A DNA stretch of 64,000 bases from NCBI GenBank assembly GCA_030248215.1, contig JASANG010003092.1:1-64000 (forward strand). Direction: 5' to 3'. The notes beneath the pieces were generated by a model that worked only from the letters and a program-made list of their open reading frames with translations, had not been told where the DNA came from and searched no databases. The stretch is from Enoplolaimus lenunculus. Lineage: Eukaryota. Below, one piece after another: positions 13,001 to 36,608 of the stretch. Made by a program: the position numbers and the translations under genes. Numbering within the stretch: position 1 is the first letter of the stretch; every line of letters starts with the position of its first letter.

Positions 13001-14981
13001 GAACGCTTTAAGTCTACCAACGAAACACGAGTTGTAATCTGAATCGGCTTCACTTCTGCTGGCGGAATCTGTGCCGCTTTCTGACTGTCTTCAGGTGACA
13101 GCAGTCCGCCTACCCATCCACTAAGCCCAGACGCATTGGCTAGCCCACGCAGGGCATTGGTTCCAAAATATCCAGCAGCTTGCTTGGCTATCTGTTTCAA
13201 ATCAATCGCCGACCTTGTCGCGTCAGGATTCGGTGCCCAATGAAATCCACAATACGGTTCAGTACCGGTTGTGACGTAAACCGAATACGGTGGTTGATAC
13301 TCATCTGAGCCCCTCAGTGAATCAGAATATCCCCCAATCATTGACGCCGTTACCAATCGCTCTATAATATCGTTTGAATTCGTTGGACTAACCACTGCAT
13401 GACCAGATATCTGTAATCCCGAAGTCAACGAGGAACTTTGCCACCCGTTCGCGATCCACCCGCTTGAGCCAGACATTGAATATTTGGTAAATTTGGGTTG
13501 TACTATAGGATCGATTGACAGCTGTGCTGGAGTTTTCGTTCCAGATCGGACCTGATTTCGAGCTACTCTCAGCGACGTTGCAAGGGACATTCCGTCGATA
13601 CTGGCTAAGATACCGGTCCCATGCAACACGGATAACTCTTGACATGGTTTGACGGGGATTGCTTGGCCAAACTCAATGGACACCACATACGGACACCCAG
13701 TTTCTGATAGATTTCCAGAGCTTCCTAACATTGGACCCGAGGCAGAAGTAAGCGACGCTTGTTGTTCGTTTTTAATCGACGTGCCACAGTATCGTTGTGT
13801 CAAAATTAGTATGCCTTCAGCCGCTGAGTAAAACCTTACTTGACCAGATTCCGTTCCTACAACACACAACGGCCACGACTTTGTATTTGTCGAATTTGAA
13901 GCCAGTTTCGCAGAGACACCATGACGGGCTCCACATACATCGCGTCTGCAATCGGCTGTGGTTGCTGCACTCGCAACCAGAAAGCACACATTGGCCGTAA
14001 TCCAGTCGTCGAGAACAAGTTTTTGGACAATAGTCGGATAGCCAGAATCAGTAGTTGGCGACGAGCTACGTTTAGTCGTCCGCGCAGGCGAGGCATGGGA
14101 GAGTGTGACAAACACTAAACGCTTGCCGTATGCGATCACTAGCACTTTTAGGTCTGGTGAGCAACTGATGAGGCAGTCTTGTAGCCACTGATGCTCTGCA
14201 TGACTGTCAACTGTTTTAGTAGCGGTATCATTCGTTAACTTTGTGTCTTCTAAAAATAAAAAATATGTTAGTAATGCACCAAGGAAAATTTTAGGATATA
14301 TCTGGAAATGTGTTAAGTTAGAACTAATACGTCTCCGTTTTATCAATGTCTGCAAAACGCAGGTTCCGTATAGTTTCTAGTCTGAGCATTGCCATAAAAT
14401 TAAACAGCAGCCATATGTTGACAACTCAAATCTTGCAATAGCAGTAGTGTTAGGCAAAGGGGCCCATGTATAAAACGGGGCCGGAACAGTAGGATAAGCA
14501 TATTACTAAGCCTATGGATGAGCGTATTTCTAAGCCTTGGCAAAAAATAGTCTAAAGCTTAAACTGACTCTACTATAGCCCCTCCGGAAAACGATCCGGC
14601 CCTGTTCTATACATAGGCCGGCAAAGGCTTAGGCATGGTAAGATATAGCGTAAATGTGACGAACATGTGCAACAGTTTTCTGTGCAGCTATGCTCTGAAC
14701 GCTTACCACCAGTAGGCACCCCTAGCTAATAGCAAACTAACCAACCCATCAAACAAAACCTTAACTTTTTGCAGCATTTTGTGTTCAAACAAATCGTTAT
14801 CGTTCAACCAGTCTGTGTTGTCCCAGTTACAAACGCTGCTGCTATTTCGTGACCGGCGTCGACTTAAACCAGTATCAGACACTTGTGCCTGAGAATCTGT
14901 CGTTTCAGTGCATAAAAATTCGCGCAAGGCACGCAACACAGCGCCAGGCAACGCCAATTCATGAACAAGTTTGCACCACAT
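7080..14981 (-). CDS. RAB3GAP2: Rab3 GTPase-activating protein non-catalytic subunit (Rab3GAP2/rbg-2-like)
   Basis: Exons: 14981-~14740 (donor unresolved), 14249-12811, 11794-11351 and 10235-7080; the last three splice in frame. Family motifs include ITDDLARVCLLD...[43 protein letters not shown] and LVEKVGRAPKDRLTRRELG. Confidence 0.92.
10926..11263. mobile_element. hAT-like MITE
   Basis: TIRs CAGGGTGCGACCTGATAT / ATATCCGGTCGCACCCTG. Related diverged copy at ~24421-24804. Confidence 0.7.
12083..12770 (-). mobile_element. DINE-1/HINE-like non-autonomous Helentron with central ~120-bp tandem repeats
   Basis: Subterminal inverted repeats TATTGAGCGAAGC (12107-12119) and GCTTCGCTCAA (12758-12768). 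About 5 degenerate ~120-bp units (GCAAATTAGTTATTAGCTAACTATTC...TTATCGGTTTTGGAGGTTTGT). Homologous to 17037-17730. Confidence 0.75.
14461..14619. mobile_element. Merlin-like MITE with telomere-type core
   Basis: ~24-bp TIRs (GGCCCATGTATAAAACGGGGCCGG / CCGGCCCTGTTCTATACATAGGCC) and a perfect 8-bp TSD GGCAAAGG. Confidence 0.85.
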
Positions 14982-16049
14982 TGTAGTAAATTACTTTTAG
15001 GAACATCAAACGTCATACGCTATCCAAATCTATTCCTCCACGTTAAAGCCTAAAACAAACCATTAACGTTGTATTATTGACAATTTCAGATGCGAACCAT
15101 GCACAAACGCGCCACTGAAGTTCTACCTTAAAACTAACGCCTAACTTTCGCACTGGACACAGCACCGAAGTCTTGTAGTCATGCTATGTGAATCACTTCG
15201 TTAGCATTGTAATGTGACTTTCAATGCAAAACTTTCGCTTAGTTATCGACCTGCACGAACTTTGACGTCGGTTGTCGGTTATATTTGCATATGTTGCAAT
15301 TTTATTAAGCCGAAACGCTCATATTTTGTCTTATGTTGCAACAACTAAACAATATTTGTATAAAATTTAATAAATAAACTCTGTGTACAAATTACATTGT
15401 ATTAGTAACAACTACACACACACAACCACACTACGGTTACGATAGAAAATAATACTCAACTCTTAATGTTATCCATCGTTACAACAGTGAGGTGGTATAT
15501 TTTTTCGTTCACAATATTACCAAACCTCAAAACTCGCACAAAACTATGTTATTTTGAAATTGACTACCAATCAATATATCTGTAAAAATAACACCTTCAT
15601 TTTATTGCCAAAATTTTATATTCACCGATGGTATTAATGAGGAACTGATTTTAGCAAACTTTACTGCACCGTTTTGTGTCAAAAGAAATTGATAATCAAA
15701 ATATCGCAAATTAAAATCGATAAATAAAACGGCTAGCATTGAAATTAAAAAATTCGAATGCCAAACAGCGCAGAATGACGGCATATTTCGTACTTGCATC
15801 TTGAGCTCAAATGAAACTTATTAACTATATCACACTGCTGCTACCCACGTCATCCAAAATCGTAAATCTAAAATTCGCATACAACTTGCGCACATGCAGC
15901 ACATCTGTTGCAAACATGGGCCAAACAATACATTATTAAAATATTACTGACATCATTATGAGAAAAACGACAATATCACTATCACTAAATCCGGGTTGGT
16001 ATTGCAAAAAGGTCCGGTTCTGTATGAGCAGTTTGGTTAAACAACATTT

Positions 16050-26703
<10,654 letters not shown>

Positions 26704-26774
26704 GGTAACAATTGTGTATTCAGTAAGTATATATGTACAAGCGATCTACCATATACATATATTACATAAATAAC

Positions 26775-27137
26775 TAGAGATGTGCCGATACCAAAATTTT
26801 TGCCGATGCCGATTCTTATTTTCAAATTTTGCCGATGCCGAACCGATGCCGATTTCAACTTTAGTACACCATGCTTAATTAACAGATAGGATACTACATT
26901 ACATCATTATATGAAGACTTAAAAACCCTTAATTTTTTCAAACACAGACGCAAGAAAGATATCAGTTTTTCTGACCGGACACACTGATTTGCGCCCAGAA
27001 ATGAAATTGACAGCATTCAAACTGACTGTGATGTGCAAAAAGTATCGGCAAATAACCGGCAATTTTATGCAGTGCCGATGCCGATACTCACGAAAACTAC
27101 GGATTATTACCGATGCCGATTAATCGGCACATCCCTA
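26775..27137. mobile_element. hAT-like MITE with (GCCGAT) subterminal repeats, ~70 bp upstream of the ACO2 ATG
   Basis: TIRs TAGAGATGTGCCGAT / ATCGGCACATCCCTA and a near-TSD (..AATAAC). Partial copy at ~25200-25305. Confidence 0.75.
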
Positions 27138-27404
27138 ATAATAACCTATTTGCAGTCAATTACTGCTATTTTTTCATTGTCCCAGCTGAATTCACGGCGC
27201 ATCTTTAAAGATTGTGCAAGGTCGTGTGGTGTGAGGTGTGGGAGGAGGTAGAGGTGGCAATGTGCAGCTATTTGAAGGTGATGGTAATGTACAGGTACCT
27301 GTGTTGCTGTAAAACAATTTAAGCTTGGATTGACGCGGCTCTATTGGTTCAGTTTCTGGGGATGGATACGAGTTATAGCTTTTCGTGGTTTTTAGTGATT
27401 GACA

Positions 27405-27505
27405 AAATGTCATAGAAGACAAATGTTATGTTGATGTTATATATCTTGACTGGCTCAAAGAGAAAGCTTCTGATTCTGTTGTGTATAGCAAACTGATCCA
27501 AAAAT
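27405..27505 (+). mobile_element. Decayed non-LTR retrotransposon (CR1/L2-like) RT fragment
   Basis: Translates as DKCYVDVIYLDWLKEKASDSVVYSKLIQK, resembling the VDVIYLDFxKAFDSVxHxKLIxK RT motif. Confidence 0.65.
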
Positions 27506-28873
27506 GTTTTGTGTGGTCGGGCAGGGGTCCTGTGGTTGCTCCACAAACACAGCACTTTCGCCCTCAATTGCTGCGGGTGCTGTTTATGCCCTCCAATGGC
27601 CGCTAACGCATGTAACCTCGCCTTTGTGCGGTTACCGTCGGTTGTTACTTGTTTCAGTTATAGTCAATTTTACTAGTTTACGAATGTGCCGTTATTTTGC
27701 CTTATATTGCGTCGATTACCGTTATTTCGTATATTCTGGGTTATTTTTGATGGCGCCCTCCATTTCCCTATTCCATAATCCATACTCGTAAATCTTCCAA
27801 AAATATTCCCGAGAAAATAGTCAGGATTACGGCATAGAATTGCGTCTTATTGGAAATATTGTTTTTGGCCCGAGAAAGTTATTATACAAACTGCGTGTTA
27901 TAGCGTTACGAATTGTACATCGCTTATCGGCGGCTGTTTTAGTGTTGCTGACGTCGTATTATTACTGTAGGGCGGAAACTTTGTGGATTTGCTGGGTCTG
28001 GACTAAATTCATTAATTTTCCTTGTCATATGTCTGTCAACAATTTATGTGTTCGTATTGCTTGAATTAAACCTGTAAAATCCTATGTTAACACTCAAGAG
28101 TGTACTAGCCTAAAATAAAATCATTTAGGATAGCATGCGCCAAGAGCTTACATTTTCGGATATTTTAGCCCCCCAAACAGGGCCAAACTACGAGGTCCAA
28201 AGCTGACATGAGTATAAACTACGTGGAAATATGGTAACTTTTCTCAAGTTTTTTATTAAATACGTGTCAATATTTGAACGTAAATCTGACTTACTCAAGT
28301 GTGAAGCCGGGTTCACACGTGCGAATTTGTACTACGAGAACTTGCAGCTGCAACTTGCACTTGCTAGTTTTGTCCAAAATTCCGTTCGAAAAACTTGCAG
28401 CTGCAAATAAATCATTAAAAATCATAGCAAAGAATTTAGTTCATGTGTAAATAACCAAGCAGCAAGTTCACTGAATTTATTGCATCCGCTTTCTCATTGG
28501 CTGATGAAAAAATGCAAGTTCGGCATGCAATTTGTAGCTGCAAGTTCTCGCAGCAAAATTTGCAATGTTTGAATATTGCAAAATTCAAATATCGGTTCAA
28601 TCGCAATCCTTTACTGCCACTAGCTACGTATCTATTCATTAACACAATTAGCTCAAATAAGTCATATAAAAAAGATTTAAACGTGCGCTTAACAGTTCGA
28701 TTTATGGACGACTGTGAAGAATACGGCTTCTACATTTATCGTACAAAAATCGTAACAGATTGGAGACATGTTTTGGAAAAAAATTTTTGTCTACGTTGCA
28801 AAGTGATATTCAAAGGAACTACTTTATTTTGTGAAGTACCACTCGTTCGCTGGATACAAATGTTAGGCATTTG

Positions 28874-29062
28874 GGCCCATGTATAGAAAATGGCCGGAAC
28901 AGTGATAGCAGATTCCTAAGCATAAATCTAAGCGTATGGATGAGCATGTTCCTAAGCCTAAGCCTAAGCCTAAGCCTAAGCAAAATAATTATGCTAAAAA
29001 GCTTAAACTGACTCTATATAGTTCCTCCGAAAAACGATCCGGCTATGTTGTATACAAGGGAA
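28874..29062. mobile_element. Merlin-like MITE with (CCTAAG)n core
   Basis: Same TIRs. TSD GGCATTTG/AGCATTTG. Five tandem CCTAAG units. Confidence 0.8.
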
Positions 29063-31442
29063 AGCATTTGTTAGTCTTTTTACTACGTACGATCTAAAGT
29101 TTGCTTTTTTTACAAATTTATCTGGTTTCCTGAGACATGTCTTTTAAGTTCCATTTTAAACTTTAAATCCGGTTTTCGCTTTAAAGTTAAAGAAAGTTTT
29201 CTGTTTGCTAGTTAAGCTGTTAGTAGCTGCAACTATCCTAATTTACTGCTCCCAGTTCTGATTTTGTGCTGAGATATATACTTGAATTTTACCTGTGCTG
29301 TTGGCAAAATATTCGACATTTAAACTTTAAGTTAAAAATGTGAGAAATGCAGTGTTCGGCTTTGTACTGACAATCGAAATTTTTTAAACATTTTCATTAA
29401 GTTGTGTTATCGATAAATTCCTGTCTTGAATACCTTTATGTAATTCGCTGAATTTATATGATATGTTTGTTTTGTAGAAACCAACCAAAAAGTTTAAGTA
29501 GAATTACCGTGGTTTAGCACAGTAATCAACAATTTGTGTATATGGGTACTTCCGGAACACTATATAAATCCCACGTTTAGCATCACACAGTTAACAAGTT
29601 TAAAATACTCCTATTCTAGCCAGACGTACGCATGATGTTACCAAACGGGCACGTGCTTAACTTCGCTTACTGCGCCAACTTTTCAACTTCGGCTAATGCA
29701 TTCAAGTTATACAGGCAAAAATCTCATTATCCGTAAACGCAGAAAAACCTTCGGGCCTGCTGCACACTTTCACGCATGAAATGGTGAACATGTCCATCGT
29801 ATTTTGTAGTTCTATGCATAAATGTACATGCGCCTTGGTACTGACCACTCTTTAGCTTAATTATTCATTACTTTATGGTGGACAAAATGAACCCGATAAC
29901 CTGGCTTCATTGTGTTCTTCAACAACATGCAACTATTTGTTTAAACCAAAGTCGCTGGTCCGTCCTATACTTAATGAAATCATGTATTGGTGCGGGTGTT
30001 CAATTAGGTATGTCTTTATATTTAGTCAATAGCGAAAAGTTAGCCATTGGTCATTGAACGCACCCAAATTACGAATAGTACAATACTTATAAGCATAAAT
30101 TGTTTGTTTGCAGCGCTGTTTCTTTCCTTTCTGGCGCTATGCATTGGTTTTAACGCTTTGAGTGATATAAATTTCATGATAAGCATAAAAATAACGGTAA
30201 CAAATAACGGAATTTTCGGCGTTTCTATATACGTAAACGTAACCGGAAACGAAAACGGGCACCAAATTCTAAAGGAAACGAAAACAGTGCTAATATCCTA
30301 TTTCCACTCTGGTATGCTAATAATTTTTCCGTTCTGTTTTATGCAACTATAACAGTGGGTTGGGTGTATAGTTGAGTTTTAAAACGAAATCATTCAAAAT
30401 TTCAATTTTTAGAATTTAAAAGTTGAACGTTTTATAATTAATCATATTCAAATGTTGTTGAGGTTCTTATTTGTATCTTTTTTGCAATCGCGTTAAACAA
30501 ACAACAGTACACAGTAATGCTCTCGTAGTCCAACTATTTATTTTATTTTTGTTTTCCTCAGCACACTGATCAGATCACAAAGTGGAAACAAACAATTTCT
30601 TCGTCATGGTCTGCTGAAAAGGATTTTGGTTTGTTTTGCCCGTAAACTTTTCCATTGTATTCTAAATGGAAATAGAGTCAAAATTCTGAAAGGGGACTTG
30701 GCACGAAGAGTGTTACGCTTTTACTTCGTATATAAAAAAACTCCAGTAGGTATATACTCCAAAACCTTGAACCCCCCGTGGAGATTTTTTAACGTATAGA
30801 ATGCCGTTTGCTGCTTGCTTCATATGTATAAGTTTACTTGCCGTAAAGTCTCAAACCGTTTTATTATAGTTTATAAAGGCTAGTTTTTCTCGAACATCTT
30901 AACTTTTTACTACCTCAAGTATAAAATTTAAAAGCTGAGTGCACGATCTTCGAAAGACCAAACGTGCGAAAACAACTTATCCCATTCATACATTTAAAAT
31001 TTAAAATTTCATATCAAAGGAAATATTTCGCTAGGACCTAACATAAAAACTAACACCGAAAATATCCGCTCGAAACTGTTTCAAAATGCTAAGTATCACG
31101 CAACGATGTAACTGATAGCGTTTGTTTTTCCTCATCGCGTGATTTTCAGCAACTTTTAATAGTTGTTTGGTCTTGTGTTGTATACTGATGAATTTTAAAC
31201 ATTGCTTTAACTTCTAACGGCTGGGTTTCCGAAACCTTACTTTATTGTTAAGTATTTACTTAAGTTATACTTAAGTAATTACTTAAGTTGACGACTTGTA
31301 AATACTTAAATTTCGAGCAAAATCAAACAAACGCCGAATGACAGGGGAAGTACCTTCTGGAGAGGCCAAATAAATATCAATCCCCCCTCTTATTCGGGTC
31401 ACTACAGTAGCTATTGGGGGTATATTTTTAATCGAGGTTTAA

Positions 31443-31705
31443 CCCATTCTCACATTGAGTTGCCTATAGGCAACTCAGCGAAGTGTATATACGTTAAGTA
31501 ATATATATCGCACCGTGTTAAACAATTGCAACACGTATACATAGTACTAAATCACCACAAGACGTGAGAGCCCCTCCAGGCTCGAGCGTCAAGCTCCTAT
31601 AGCTGAGTGGTGATGGTATACGCCTCCCACTCCAGTCACTGGAGTTCGAATCCTAGCATAAAAGTAGATCTCAGGGGAAATAGAAAATATTCATGTTAGA
31701 AAAGG
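31443..31705 (+). mobile_element. piggyBac-like MITE with tRNA-derived internal module, copy 3
   Basis: TTAA at 31439-31442 and 31706-31709. Same TIRs and A/B-box module as the copies at 1431 and 1676. Confidence 0.8.
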
Positions 31706-33460
31706 TTAATATTGTGATCAAAATAGAGATGCATTTTAGTTCAGTTCCGTCAGGTTTGGATAGCATCTATTCTTAGTGAGCGCAGGCTTAGCTTTACGTA
31801 GTATTCTAGTTTTTGGCTGAAAATAAAAAATTCGTTTCTGCTTTGTTTATCACTCAATCTGACATATTAAACAACCAAGGTTATCAATAATTTACGGTGT
31901 ATTGCAAGATATGTATGTTGACAAACTTTGTTGTTTTGTATATAATATAAGACGGAACGACGAACAAAACAAAAATGATTTTTGGTGGAAACTAAAAAAT
32001 TCATTTGTGCTTCGTTCATATATTCAATCTTATATTAACCAGGTTTTTCAGTAATAGCCTATCTTGCAATACGCCACTTATGCTTTGAACTTCTTTACGT
32101 TTTAAGTACATCGTACATTTATGTATTTAATTTGCAGTGAGAGCAGTGGGCCAATACCAGTTCTGCGTTCGTTGAGAATCATAATAAATTACAACCTTTT
32201 GCATATTTCACGCTCAAAAGCCAATTAATTTTGAGAACGTCAACTCATGTTTGGGAAACAGAGAGACTGAGCGATTTTGAGACTGGAATATTCATAGACT
32301 GGAAGGCGTAGGCTTAGTCTTAAGCTTAGACTTAGGCTTATAATATGTTTAGGCTTCCGCTTAAATGTTTTAAGTTAAATTTGGCACCGATGTAAACTTT
32401 GTCTTTGTAGGCAGGCCCCTATAATTAACATGACCCAGAACGTTCATTTTATGTATAATTTCACAGAAATGTGCCTATTAGCACTGTTTAATTGTCGGTG
32501 ACAATTTTTAAAACTACATATGAACGAGTTGTCCATTCAAAGGAGCACTGCCGGAATTCCAAATTGGCACGTGAGGGGTTAAAAAGTTTGCCATAGCGTG
32601 TCGGTTAAGAATTGTCGAGGTATGCTAATATTATCTGCCGACCAAAAAGTATCCATGAATTTATTCAGAAACGTAATTTTCAGTGACAACGCTAAAATCT
32701 TTTTCTGGCATTTAAGACTATTTGCCTAAGAATAACAGGAAAACAGATATTTTTTCTATACAATAATTTTCAGCCTTTATTTTAAATTGTTTTTCGAAAA
32801 TTTTTCGAAAAACAAAAATACTTTTCAAATCAACCTTGCTAATCATATTTCTTAAATGTAATAAATCTTTTCTTAAACAATATTATTTTCTGTGCGCGCT
32901 CATGGCATAAAATAACCCAAATTTTTTTTCAAATACACAGAAATACAATGCGCTGTACTCGAACCCCCTAGACAACCCCAAAAGACTCCAATGAATCTGA
33001 CTTATAGCGCTTTCCATCTTTTGGCCCATTTTGCGTCTCTGGTACAGTATATAATTATTTTCATTTGTCATAATTATTGTTACATAACGCAATATTTTCA
33101 ATACGGCGGCAATATATAAAATATGACTTGGTAAAGCTATAATTAAAAATATTAAATGTGTTTCTTCGTATGACTTAAACGATTTTGAAAAAATTTATTG
33201 GCACGCAAGCATCTGATTTTAAGCTGCGAGAAATATTTAGGAAACAGCGGTGGATCCAGTATTTGATTTTGAGTTTTAAAACCTTACAGGATTTGAAAAA
33301 GCACTCATGGTAAATAGTTCGATAATTGTATAAATTGTAAATAGTATCCAAAGCACCAAAGCATGAATTTTTCAACTAGTTTTTTTTCATATAGCACCAG
33401 TGGCGTATATATCCAAAAACTTCTCACGGGGTGAGTGGGCTGGCAAATGTTATGAAACGC

Positions 33461-33775
33461 AAAAATTGTAAAGTAGAGACAGACCTTATCATTTTATCAC
33501 CAAAAAAGATTCTGAAGAAAAAATGTATTTTTTACAATACAATTTCTGAGGGGAAAAATTGTAAAGTAGAGACAGACCTTATCATTTTATCACTAAAAAA
33601 GATTCTGAAGAAAAAATGTATTTTTACAATACAATTTCTGAGGGGAAAAATTGTAAAGTAGAGACAGACCTTATCATTTTATCACTAAAAAAGATTCTGA
33701 AGAAAAAATGTATTTTTTACAATACAGTTTCTGAGGGGAAAAATTGTAAGGTAGGAAACCTTACCATTTTATCAC
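33461..33775 (+). repeat. 92-93-bp tandem repeat (~3.4 copies) inside a CAGTGGCG-type MITE (~33399-33840)
   Basis: Unit starts AAAAATTGTAAAGTAGAGACAGACC at 33461, 33554 and 33646, with a diverged partial unit at ~33739. An inverted, unamplified relative lies at ~47062-47294. Confidence 0.9.
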
Positions 33776-36503
33776 ATTAAATTTTCTGGACGGGGCGTAT
33801 GCCCTCCTTTCTAGCCTCCGCCCTCTGGTTCTGCTTTTGTATAGCAGCAAAGCACGTCACGTGGATCCCACTTTGTAAACAAACGGTAGTTTTGCTTGAT
33901 ATTCAGTGCAGCTGATTTAGTGTCCCAATTTTGTAAATTTCTGTTCAACGCATAAACAGGCAGCTAATTTTAGACCGGTAGTTTCATTACATATATGACC
34001 AGAGTTGCACACGACCCACGAGTACGGGTATCCGAGGATAGACGTGGGTCGGGTCAGAAGCTTTTGACGTGGGTATTCTTGCGGGTGAAAAATTTCAAAG
34101 CACAGGTAATTTTGGGGTTTTAATTTTACTTATTTATGATTTAAAAACAAAACATTGACAAAAATCCCTAAAATTTCATATAACTCGCAACTTGGACACT
34201 ATTTTAACTGCGTTTTTTATTTTGTTTCGCTGCCAACTTCGATTTTATGTCTGGTCAAAGTTTGTTCTTTGTTGACCACTACCTAAATTATTTTTGACCT
34301 CCGGTTGAACCCAATACGAAGTTTATCTAAACCTGGGACAAATTATTTAATATTAACGTACTGGAAAATTTTTTTGGAACACTAAAAACGCGAGTAAATG
34401 TGGGTCGCGAATAAAATAACTTTTCGCGGATACAACCGCAGGTAACACGATACGGGTCTATTAACAACTAAGATTGCTACAGACGCGTTGGCAGAAAGCC
34501 GACAAATTTTGGACCAGGATTTCACATGGCTTAAAAACAGTGATAATCTAATTTAAATAAGCCTCCCTGGGACGTCATTCGCTACGGACCGAGACAGATA
34601 GAAGTGGCGCCAGCCTATGTAGACCCAATTTTCTCGCATTAAATTAGTTTAAAGTGTAAAAAATAAACGCTTCTTCAACAGCTCTCTGTGTGTGCCCCTA
34701 CTTCAAAGCAAAAAAAACGCTACAATAAACACAATTCAGACAGGGGAACTGCAAAGCACTGATTGTCTGTTGTGCGGAAAACGTGTCGCGCTAAGCATTT
34801 GCGAACGGTCTACTGAATACAAATTAGGCAAATGTTTTGACCTTCGAAAGATGGAGCCCAAAAATCACAGAACCAGACTCGTATGGTTTGGTGCCTCGAG
34901 GACCAGTCTGTCTAAAGTGCGACGTGTAACCAGCACGTTTTTTATCTCACCTTGGGGTTTAGCTTTGAGTTCAATAGTTAGCGACAATTCTTCATGGTTT
35001 TCAGGTTTATTGTTGCGTCATTTTTAGGCAAATAAAATTTGGCAAATTTTGTAGTGGTTAGTTGTTTTGTATATAATGTTAACGTTCGGGGTTTACGTGG
35101 CTGTAGCAAAGCTAAGAGCAAGACTAAAGGATTGATTCGTGATCTCTTTCCAGCATAGAGTAAACAGTGAACAACTATTGCAAACTGTACATATAAATGT
35201 AATACACAATGCACAGTATAACCAGTCAGACTTGTCCGTTTTACCCGTCGGTAAACGCGGGTCGGTTAAAAAAATTTCTGACGTGGAATACTCGAGAGCA
35301 GAAAATTTACAAAGTGCGTGTAAAAATTCGCTGATCTTTACCGACGTAAAACGATTTTAGACATATTTTTGATTTTAAAAAAACTTGAATTTTTAAACTT
35401 TTTATCATTATGTGAGAAATAATTACATACTTTATTGACACTCACAAACTTACAATGAATATTTGTTGACTTAATACCTCACAGCGTGAACTACTGTACC
35501 AGGAAACGCAAAGCCAAAATCACGGCACGTGTATGACTTATTTATTGCGTGTCAGTTTAGCTTTCGAAGCTATATATACGACCTGATAAATATGATAAAT
35601 AGCTGTTTATTTGTTTACCTTTTGTCGAACTCAACTTATCAAACATAAACTGAACGAGAGAGAGAGAGAGTATCAACTCTATTGCAAAAGGTTTCCGTTA
35701 AAATTATGCTTTGACTACTTTTGCGGTGAAGTTTCATTCATTCATTTGTTCAATGCACATGCACCTTACTATGGAAACGTTTCTACTTCGATTCTGATTA
35801 TTTTTTTTTCATAGGAACCCTTGATACTTTTGTTACTTAAGAGTTCTGAAAAAATATACCCCGTCAAAGAGCAGTTCATGGTTTTTTAGATATAAGCGCA
35901 GTCAGGCAAGCTTTTAGGCAAGCCTAGGTTTTAGCCTTAATTGACATTGGTGGGGATTTATCCGCAAAAGTTTTGTCTGGTGGGATCGGTGCCGAAACAC
36001 GAACTATTAGTTTTTATAATTGGTACACAATGAACGCAGATTAAGCGTCTGGCATCCCTCGAGACCCTTTCTTGGATTATATCGACGTGTTTAATGCAAA
36101 TATGGCTGGGAGACAGTAAACCAGCTTGGCTACGGTCTACATGCAGTATAATGATTGTGTTTCATTGGCTGGGTTTTGGAAACCGTACTTAAGTACAACT
36201 TAGTACTTGAGTAAGTTCGAAGTAGTTCGTTAATCATTTTGTCGTTTTTAAAAGCGTACTTAAGTTAAGTGAATACTTAAGTCGCTGATGAAATAAGATA
36301 TATTAGAAATTAATCATTCAGGCATAATAACCTGGTCTAATAGAAACTGTAGACTCATGTTGACTCATTAATATGAAGCAATGCAACTACTTTCTTGTTA
36401 TTACAATGGCTCACATTTTGCGTTCGTCTCTTTTAGTTAAAAATTCAAGTACTTACGTAAGCCTTCGATTTAAGCAATTACTTAAGTAATTACTCAAAGA
36501 AAT

Positions 36504-36608
36504 CCTAAGCCTGAGCCTAAGCTTCAGCAAAACAATAGTCTAAAGCTTAAGCTTAGCCTATTAAAGTCCCGCCGGAAAGCGCTCCGGCCCTGTTCTATGC
36601 TTGGGCCA
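36504..36608. mobile_element. Telomere-repeat MITE, truncated
   Basis: CCTAAG units plus right TIR CCGGCCCTGTTCTATGCTTGGGCC. Confidence 0.7.

Noticed and set aside
26970..27000. IRE (CAGTGT on the minus strand) upstream of ACO2
   Set aside because: The flanks do not form the required 5-bp upper stem, and the site lies inside a MITE.
27192..27422. Pro-rich minus-strand ORF upstream of ACO2
   Set aside because: Low-complexity G-rich tract adjoining a LINE remnant; no supported splice structure.
33461..33775. CRISPR-like array, and the 76-aa ORF at 33431-33661
   Set aside because: Contiguous tandem units with no unique spacers in a eukaryotic context; the ORF only translates the repeat.
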